Shown: positions 54,551 through 64,000 of the stretch, in pieces | Layout: the number at the start of each line of letters is the position of its first letter | How positions within the stretch are numbered: position 1 is the first letter of the stretch | Source: Octopus vulgaris | Taxonomy: Eukaryota | Assembly (NCBI GenBank): GCA_951406725.2 | Contig: OX597814.1 | Coordinates: 155,248,001-155,312,000, forward strand | Direction of reading: 5' to 3' | DNA length: 64,000 nucleotides | Program-made: the position numbers and the translations under genes | Notes under the pieces: model-generated | What the model was told of the DNA's origin: nothing | What the model saw: only the letters and a program-made list of their open reading frames with translations | The model's database searches: none

Positions 54551-55999
54551 CTATATATACATACGTTTGATACACGTACGATGGGATCTCAGATATGTAA
54601 TCTAGTGAGTGGAGAACTGTCCTCTATTTGTAGCAGCCGGACCAAAGGTAATTCACTCTCAAGACCTCAACTGCGGATCATGTGAATGAAGTCACCTCAA
54701 AATCCATCAATAACTCTAAAAAAAAAACAACAACCGAAAACCATAATTCTCAACTTCATGGGACAGCTACAACGATATATGTTTAATGTAGCCGTTGGTT
54801 ATGGCCTATCAGAATGATACCATTGGTTTCGCGCTTATAATGTTCTTAGCAACACCGGAAACGCATCAGATCCACTGGCCGGAGGCACATAACGTCTTTA
54901 TAATTGGAGGAAAGAATATAGTCAAGTTCAGCCAAGGTTGTAAAAAAAAAAAAATCTTCGAAGCAAAACCCTTTCTAGGTGAGACGGAGTTAACTCCCTT
55001 TGACAGTTCTAGGTCTGTCCAAAAGAGGGCTGTTTATGTTCGATTTCCGTAATATATGTATGTGTGTGTGTGTGTGTGTGTATGCATACGTGTGTGTATT
55101 TATATGCATACATACGACAGACAGACAGACAGACACAGACACACGCAAGGAGAAATGCATTAAGTGCAAATAATTACGCGAATATTTGTACATATTTACT
55201 CACACTCATTGTAAACACATCCCAGTTTTCAATTGAACACCTACATAAAATGATTATTTCTGTGCATCATTCCAGTTATTCTAAATAAAGAATATACATG
55301 TTTAAACTTATTTCTTTGTGATTCTCTTTGTGCAGGACTAAAATTTGCACAACGCTTATGACTTGAAATAGAATTTATTAATCTAAGGTAATTTGAAGTA
55401 CAAATAGTTTGTAGATAGCTGGTGGGTATTCGTTAATCTCATTTTAAAATGTATTTAGGTACAATTCAACTTCATTGAAGTATATCAATGAAGCTTTTGA
55501 TGCAATTTTTCTCGTCTCTATCATTATGTTTCGCGTTTATTTTGAGAAGATATACAATTGAGAATAATGCCAGAAAACAAAAATTAACATGTATCATGCA
55601 TATATTGAAATCATCGTGTCTGTGTGGTGATAAATTTGATTCCCATCCATATGGTTCCAGGTTGAGTCCCATTGTTAGGCATTTTGGGCAAGTGTCTTTA
55701 ACTATAGACTCGGGTCGATCAAAGCCTTGTGAGTGGATTCCGTAGGCGAAGACTGTAAGAAGCCTGTCGTATATATATATATACACGTAAGTCGTCTAAG
55801 AAACCATAAGTCAGGGCAAAGATGCACTTGTATACCTGCCAGTAGAGTAGGTAAATTACCTGAAATGTATAGTATTAAATATCCATCACGGCTGATCTTA
55901 CAAATCGGTTTAGCGTAAATAATACAATGGAGTGTTAGGTAACAATCCGTTAATATAATTTTTCGCTCATCAGAGTTAGCCGACATGGAAGGAAATATC

Positions 56000-56091
56000 G
56001 GCTAGCTCTGATGAGCGTAAAGTTTTATAATCGGATTGTTACCTAACACTCCATTGTATTCTTTACGCGAAACCGATTGGTAAGATCAGCC
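56000..56091 (+). ncRNA. Type I hammerhead ribozyme
   Basis: ggctagct-CTGATGA-gcgtaaag...ctttacgc-GAAA-ccgattgg-TA^agatcagcc: perfect 8-bp stem II, canonical core, GUA cleavage triplet. Confidence 0.8.
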
Positions 56092-56122
56092 CTGGTTGAT
56101 ATGTAATACTATATATGACACA

Positions 56123-56199
<77 letters not shown>

Positions 56200-56204
56200 C
56201 ATAC

Positions 56205-56850
56205 ACAGGTGGAGGTAATCAAATGTAACTGCAAACGTTCTCTGTGGTCCAAACCCGTTGTAATTCAGGCTCTCGCCGCTAGAAGCCACTGGATGTGACC
56301 CTCAGACATCAGTATGCCGACTGGCATCGTCGAGTGAAGTCGTACTGCTACGTGGTGCATCTTTGTTTTACAGTGCTTCTCCCTTGATCGTTGATTTTTG
56401 TGATGGCTGAAACGAAGGAACTATGTACTTCCGTGAAATTCTGTTTTCTGCCGGGAAGAACGGCGGCTGAAACAGTTGTCATGCTTCAGACAGATTACAA
56501 GGAAGCTGTGCCATGAGCAAAACACAAATATACGAGTGGTTTTTCACACTTTAGGACTGGTCACTTGTTGCTTGAGGACCAACGAAAGAAAACAGCATGA
56601 AGAGTCATGAACTGATCTTGGAAGACTGTCACTGAACAATTGACGAACATGTTGATATGGCTAGTGTGTTCTGGAGCTGCTGCCAAAGAATTTTGAGTGA
56701 GGAATTGTGAATGAAAAGAGTTGCAACAAAATCTATGCCTTGCTTGTTCACGGAAGGTCAAAATCAGAGATGACTGAATGCGTGTCGTGAACTGAAAGGA
56801 CAGTTGGAAATGGATCCTGCTTCTTAACCACACAACCATGAGCCTACTCA
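56205..56850 (+). mobile_element. Mariner (Tc1/mariner) transposase remnant
   Basis: From ATG 56403: MAETKELCTSVKFCFLPGRTAAETVVMLQTDYKEAV / MSKTQIYEWF, typical mariner HTH N-terminus, then frameshifts. Confidence 0.75.
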
Positions 56851-58785
56851 TAAAGACATTCAATCGCACTATATACATTATATATATATATATTATATAT
56901 ACTATATACATTATATATATATATATTATATATATAGAGAGAGAGGGGGATATAAATGGAGCAAAAATGCCGGAGAATCTGCATACACCACGTAGCAAAA
57001 TTATGAAGTGAAAATATGTAGAAACCATATAAAAAGGAAAGAGAAATGCCTTCATTTCACACAGTTTTAATATCTTTTTATAAAAAAAATATATATACAT
57101 ATTTTATGGATGGTAAGAGTCTCATAAAATGAAGTGATATACAACCGGTTTACGCTATTTATCTATCTACAACAACCATCAGAACAAAACACCTTAAAAA
57201 GAAGAAAAAGAAGAAAAACTTATTTGCTCACCCACGAAACATTCAAATCATTCTTCAAATATCCTTGAATGTTTTGTGATGATAGCGGTGATGGTGCTGT
57301 GTTCTTATATCTTATGGCAGAGCTGCACAATAAATAAACAAATAAATAAAATTAAAAAATAAAAGGAATTTTAACCTGTTTTGTTGGTAATACTAATTCG
57401 GTCGCATGTATGGTGATATTGACCGCGCTCTGACTGAGTCGGCTTAGACATGAAAAAGCATTCGTTCGGAAATGAAGACGTGTAAGAATAGGAAATTGAT
57501 TTCGAATAGACAGGGAATGAGTGTCTGATAATTTAAATGCTACGGTGTTCAGTGACGTACTTTATAACGTCATGCAGTATTTCAATATATTATACAAATA
57601 TTTCTTCCTTTTCTTTTTTTTTTTTGATGGTATGAGATGCGATATGAGGGACATTTGGCAACTCTTTCTAGCTGGTCCGACGACCACAATGAATCTTCTA
57701 TTTTGGTTCAACATTTTTTTTTCTTTTAGTCAGGAGGGAAGGCTTAATCCGCCAATCTTTTCAGGGACTTCGTTTGAGATAAATAGGAGGAAGTAAATGG
57801 TTTTCAAACGGGAGACCTGGCCTAAATGCTTGTTAGTAGGCTATGGCTGGATTTGATCTCAGAACGCAAAGAGCTGGAGCAAATGCTGCAAGACATTTAG
57901 CCCGACATTCTTACTGTTCCACTGATTCACAGGTTTGGATTAATATGTATTTTTATGTACCAATTTCCGAAAGGAAGTAAGTTGTGGAGTTACTTTCTGC
58001 ATGCTTGCATTCTTCATGCTTATCTGGGAAGAATAGGAAAAATAGTGCTCTGTGGTTGTTTATTTGTCCGGGTGTTTAGAAGTGGTTTTTATTCAATTCA
58101 TGTAGTTACAGGATTATTAGGCTTAAAGATAATTGCCGCAACAAACGATGCCCCTCGTAGACCTATGAGATGATTCAATTGATTTTTGTTTCGTTATATA
58201 AGAAATCTGTTATGATTCGTAGCGCTGTTTTGTTTCTTTTATTTGTGGCATGTTGAGCTTATTTTCGAGAGAATGGAGAACCAGTTGGGTATGGTGCATG
58301 ATGGATCAGTGTGGGTTGCTAGTGGTGTTGTTTAACTCCAGGCCAATGCTGAACCAGTTAACCTATGATCAATGACCACCAGGCAAACTCGTCTTATCTA
58401 TCGATGTATGTAATGTATCTGTTCTTTTTTTAAGACGGTAGGTTGTATTTTGCGAGAGACTGAGCTGCTATTTTTAGCATGTTGAGTAACTAGTTAGATG
58501 GTGCAGGCAAAATTCATCAGCCTTTAAATTCGATTATTACTGACGATATTTCTAAATGCCCTTATGAAAAGAAGAGTTTAAACCTTCAGACTAAAACAGT
58601 AATTTAATAGAAATTGTATACGTCCCTAAGAATTTATTAAAAAATCATTAAGTAATCAAGCTTAGATGCATATATCACAGGTTCTTATGCAGATTCCGTT
58701 AGACTCTGGCACTAAAATGTTACGCATTACTGATATAAAGGCTCTTTCATGCTAGTGGTTAAATACCATGATTAAGGTGATTCAG

Positions 58786-58831
<46 letters not shown>

Positions 58832-58832
58832 T

Positions 58833-58876
<44 letters not shown>

Positions 58877-59678
58877 AAATATTAGGGAATAAATCCAAAC
58901 TTACAGGGAAAAATCAGATTTAGGATTGAATCCAATTTTATAGTAAAATATTTTATAGTAAAATATTATAAATTATCTTTTTTTAATAATTTTGATATAT
59001 ATTTAAATAATATAAATTAATTAATCTTATGTATTGGCTTAAGTTTTTCATTGTATGATTTGCCTAATAGTGGTTTTATCTCTAATTTAATATAATATAA
59101 TATATATATATATATATACTGGCTAGGATAAATGACATTGCTGTGGTTATTAAAGCAATGCTCACAAATACCTATGGATGAAATCTGCAGTTTGTGCCTG
59201 GGGCATTCATATCTATTAAATTTTCTCTTTTGTAAAATAAAAAAAAATAAAACGAGATCAATTCATATTCTGTAGCTGATTCTAACGTCAAAGCTAGCCA
59301 TTAAATTGATAACAAAAAAAAATGAGGAAAAACATAATTGATCCAATCCAGTCTGGTTACAATTGCCAGATGTTAAATTCTCTGGCTAAGACGACAAAGC
59401 AATGTCCCGGCATAACCTCCGTCAAAGCTTATAATTCACTCTGTCGTTACACCGTGTTCTGGCTACATGAGATCATAATGACTATATTCATATAATATCT
59501 CAAAATATATTGAGATAGATAAATCCAGAGAAAACACGCTTAGATAGCCAGATGAGCGAAACGTAAAACTCGCAGTTGTGGAAATAAAGTACTTTTTAGT
59601 TATAATGTATTTAAAAAATATTCTACATTTAAGTATTGATTTCTGCAATTTATCGTATTTTGGTGAATCAGCAAAATA

Positions 59679-59729
<51 letters not shown>

Positions 59730-59919
59730 TGCGTGCGTGTGCGTTTGTGTGTGTGTGTTTATGTTATAATGTGCAGCCAACAATCACTTGTAAATGTCTT
59801 CACGTCACTCACCATCCTTTCGCTAATTGTTTTAGGTGCCTCGGTAGCTGCGAGCAGACTTAGATAGTTTCTTGGGGCCATTCACTCTTTCCCTGCGAAA
59901 AATCCAGAATGTGATGGCT

Positions 59920-59988
<69 letters not shown>

Positions 59989-60114
59989 CGTGTAACAGTT
60001 TCCGTTTAACAAATTTAAGTCTATAGTTTTGTTGGAGATTAGAGTGAGGGAAGACATGGTACAATCACAAACCACAGAGAACGACTGCGTAGGAGACTTT
60101 TAAAATCCTGTGAG

Positions 60115-60440
60115 ATTTCCCAATTCAAAGAGACCAGGTGTTTGAATACAACAAACCGGACTTAGTTGTGACAGACAAAGTAGACCATATGTGTTGTTAA
60201 TTGATGTTGCATGCCAGTTTGACACACAGATATTTAAGAAGAGAGGCAAGATGTGTACAATCCTCTTAAATAGGAGATAACCCGATTGTGGAAGATGAAA
60301 AACGATTATTTTTGGAGCCGTGGGAACAGTATCAAAAGACATTGAGAAGATAAAGCAATTGACAATAGTGTGTTCAATAGATCTGTTATAAAATGTTTGC
60401 TCCGTTGTTACGTCCAGAATTATCAGAGAAGTAGTACATT
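60115..60440 (+). mobile_element. Degenerate R4-like RLE domain fragment
   Basis: FPIQRDQVFEYNKPDLVVTDK...LIDVACQFD...IIFGAVGTV. Confidence 0.6.
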
Positions 60441-60636
60441 ACTGAAAATAAAATATGGTACCGGAGCAAAAGTATTATGGCAAAGGTTGCAAGTTGGCTA
60501 CTCAAGCAGGATTCCAGGAGTTCTAACAAAACCTGAGTTAAAATAATAAGTAAATAAATAAATAAAATAATAGATAATAATAATGATAATAATAATAATA
60601 ATGATAATAATAATAATGATAATAATAATAATAATA

Positions 60637-60726
<90 letters not shown>

Positions 60727-60774
60727 TATAATAATAATAATAAATTAATGATATTGATGATGGTGATGATGATG

Positions 60775-60832
<58 letters not shown>

Positions 60833-60837
<5 letters not shown>

Positions 60838-62020
60838 TCTGACATAGAAAGACTATATATACAATGTATAGAAGGTGGTAGAGGCCTTATACAGCTGGAA
60901 AACTACTATAAAATAACCACCGTAGGACTGCAAAAATATCTACTTCAGAAGGAAGGAAAACTGATCCAGAAAGCGGCAAAACACGAGCAAAACAAAAAAC
61001 TGTTCTCAGTATTTAAGGAAGCTGACAAATACAAACAAGAAATCATACCACCTAATAAACATGAAGAAGAAGAAGAAGATGATGAAGAAACAACAAAAGC
61101 TATAAAACAAATGAAATCCAAACTAAAACTAGAACAGCAAAGAACCATGATAAAACGATGGCAAGAAAAGCCCCTTCATGGTAAATACTGGACTAAACTA
61201 AACGCAAAAGAAATAGACAAAGAAAAATCCCAGCAATGGTTGAGAAGCTCAGGACTCAAAGCAGAAACAGAGGGATTTTTAATTGCATGTGCAAAGCCTC
61301 CCCACCAGAAATTACCAAAAACATGTAATGAAAAGAAATATTATAAGTAACTGCAGAATATGTGGAGATGGACAAGAAACAATAAATCATATTATCTCTA
61401 GCTGCCCAGTCTTGGCTAAGAATGAATATATTCACAGACATGACAGAGTTGGAACCTACATACATTGGAAGCTATGCCAACATTATGGAATAACAACAGA
61501 AAAAAGATGGTATAGGCACACACCAGAAAAGGTCACAGAAAACGAGAAAGCAACCATACTCTGGGATATGCCGATACACACAGATAGAGAAATTAAGGCC
61601 AACAGACCAGATATAGTTGTCAGAGATCATGAAGAAAAAAAAATGCTTTCTAATTGATGTATCACTACCGGCTGATGACAACGTGTCTCTAAAAGAAATG
61701 GAGAAACTTTCAAAATACAAAGACCTGGAAATAGAGGTAACTAGAATGTGGAATCTGAAAACAGAAACAATTCCTATCATAGTAGGTGCATTAGGCATGA
61801 TAAAAAAAATATTCAGACAAATACATAACAAAAACACCAGGACTTACAAACACATATAACATACAGAAAATTGCACTACTAGGCACTGCACACATCCTAC
61901 GCAGAACACTTTCCATACAATAATCATCAGAGCATCACAACAAATCACAGCACGTACCCAAGGCACACAGAGCTGTGCTCGGTAGTGAAATGAAAGCACG
62001 CTATAAAAATAAAACTACTG
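60833..62020 (+). mobile_element. 5'-truncated R4/Dong-clade non-LTR retrotransposon (thumb, CCHC, RLE), frameshifted, inside (AAT)n
   Basis: DIERLY...GGRGL, LKAETEGFLIA, CRICGDGQETINHIISSCPVLA...RHD, NRPDIVV, LIDVS...KLSKYKDL...PIIVGALG; both flanks (AAT)n. Confidence 0.92.
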
Positions 62021-62024
62021 AATG

Positions 62025-62067
<43 letters not shown>

Positions 62068-62069
<2 letters not shown>

Positions 62070-63212
62070 CCCTGATGCAGTACCAGGCAGTGGCTCTCAT
62101 GGCTTCTGATCTTAACTGATTGGAAGAGTTATCATGTACATTGTTTTGTCTTGGTATAAAAGATGGGTTACAGCAAATATTCTGCTCAATACCACAGATT
62201 TGCTTGTCAGTTGTTTGACCATAACCAGTTGAGCATGTCCCTCAGTGGCTGACGATATGTGCATCTCTGATCACGAGCAGATGTAGTGGGGGAGCATCAT
62301 AGCCACGTGTTGAGAGGGATTCTTTGGGGTTTGTATAGTTCACCTTTGGAAACATGGGTGGTTCTTTCAACATCCTTAAACAACCCTTATTCAGGGACCG
62401 TTTGAGCGGGATGGGCTACTCAACCTGAAGAAAATTCTAACTGGGCCCCACCTGCAAGGTCATGTGCTGTTTATCTTGATATGAGATCACCATGTCGCGC
62501 ACATATGGTTGTGATGCATGTGCCTGGTGTACCTTTATCAGACGGGTAGTCATGATGGGTATATTGGGCTTCGTATATTTTACCCCAGTGTCACTTTGAT
62601 GGCATGAACTGCTCTCTCACTCAATAATAATAATAATAATAATAAAAATAATGATAATGTACTGATGCAGTACCAGGCAGTGGCTCTCATGGCTTCTGAT
62701 CTTAACTGATTGGAAGTGTTATCATGTACATTATTTCGTCTTGGTATAAAAGATGGGCTACAGTAAATATTCTGCTCAATACCACATATTTGCTTGTCAG
62801 TTGTTTGACCATAACAGGTTGACCATGTCCCTTAGTGGCTGACGATATGTGCACCTCTGATCATGAGCAAAAGTAGTGAGGGAGCATCATAGCCGTGTGT
62901 TGAAAGGAATTCTTAGAGGTTTGGATAATTCACATTTGGAAACATGGGTTGTTCGTTCTACATCCTTAAATAACTCTTATTCAGGGACCTTTTGAGCGGG
63001 ATAGGTTGCTCAACCAGAAGAAAATTCTAACTGGGTCCCACTTGCAAGGTCATGCGCTGTTTATCTTGATATGAGATCACCATGTCACGTACATGTGGTT
63101 GTGATGCATGTGCCTGGTGTACCCTTATCAGCCGGGTAGTCATGACGTGTATACTGGGCTTCGTATATTTTACCCCAGTGTCACTTTGATGGCATGCACT
63201 GCTCTGTCACCC
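62068..63212 (+). mobile_element. Two tandem copies of the ~550-bp (AAT)n-associated element
   Basis: 62068-62622 and 62658-63212, separated and flanked by (AAT)n. Confidence 0.82.
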
Positions 63213-63247
<35 letters not shown>

Positions 63248-64000
63248 GGGGACTTTTAAGGGAGAACACCGGGGGACTTTTAAGGGAGAACACCGGGGGA
63301 CTTTTAAGGGAGAACACCGGGGGACTTTTAAGGAGAACACCGGGGGACTTTTAAGGGAGAACACCGGGGGATTTTTAAGGAGAACACCGGGGGACTTTTA
63401 AGATGTAAGAAGGAAAATTCAGAGCTCCGAAACCTATCCACAAACATCGAAAACAAGGACATCCTATGGATCCAAAGTTTTACTAACAAAGAATTGGACT
63501 GTATCCGAGTAAGTAATACAAATTGAAATTTATTACTATTTTCGAAACGAAATGATGTATTTTGACTCGATATCATCTCCACCTCTAACGCAACACATGT
63601 AAACATGCGTGAAACATCACGATCATCTCCGACCCCAAACACCATGTACAAAGGAACTACGAAGAAATTAAATGCCACCGATACTATTCAACCCAAGAAT
63701 AACAATCGAGCGGTATGTACATTAAACCTACAACAAAAAATGTACGAAAAACTACACGTGCTAAATAATGTGACAACAGAAATAAACGGACCGGTACCCT
63801 ACGAAAATGACGACCGTCAAAATAATGGGCCGGACGTTGTACCTCATGTCCCGCAAATAAAACCCAAAAGACGTAAATGGACACGTGAGGAATACATTTC
63901 TATCTTACACGCATACTTCACAGCAGTACTCTACCCCAAAAATGAAAATACAACAACACATACATATAAAATATGGAAGGAAAATAATAGAGATTTAGAC
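63248..64000 (+). mobile_element. 5' end of a probable full-length R4/Dong-type LINE: 24-bp tandem repeats then ORF 63605 to window end
   Basis: About 6.5 copies of GGGGACTTTTAAGGGAGAACACCG after (AAT)n; open frame MRETSRS...KPKRRKWTREEYISILHAYF...YKIWKENN (Myb-like N-terminus). Confidence 0.65.

Noticed and set aside
63248-63400. CRISPR-like array
   Set aside because: Contiguous tandem units with no unique spacers, no cas genes, eukaryotic context.

Overview
Eukaryotic, AT-rich, microsatellite- and SINE-dense DNA; the repeat landscape suggests a cephalopod such as Octopus (inference, not checked by search). Almost all ORF-track entries are microsatellite artefacts. The one real gene is a spliced copper monooxygenase of the tyramine/dopamine beta-hydroxylase family (Tbh/DBH) on the minus strand. 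I traced 11 coding exons with GT-AG boundaries and consistent phases (27062 down to 809, 561 codons). The last exon was not found and probably lies beyond the left edge; a 5' exon probably lies to the right. Introns and the upstream region hold tRNA-derived SINEs, R4/Dong-type restriction-like-endonuclease LINEs in specific microsatellites, Penelope-like elements, a Gypsy-type remnant, mariner remnants, a MITE with telomere-like repeats and a 28S rRNA fragment. Most interesting: (i) several sequence-distinct type I hammerhead ribozyme folds, mostly in small inverted-repeat or Penelope-type cassettes, one in the sense strand of a Tbh intron; (ii) a composite insertion of 28S rRNA sequence splitting a SINE, with locally templated junction patches; (iii) paired loss of a conserved disulfide in the enzyme; (iv) microsatellite-specific LINE families with apparent non-autonomous partners. 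All structure calls were made by eye.
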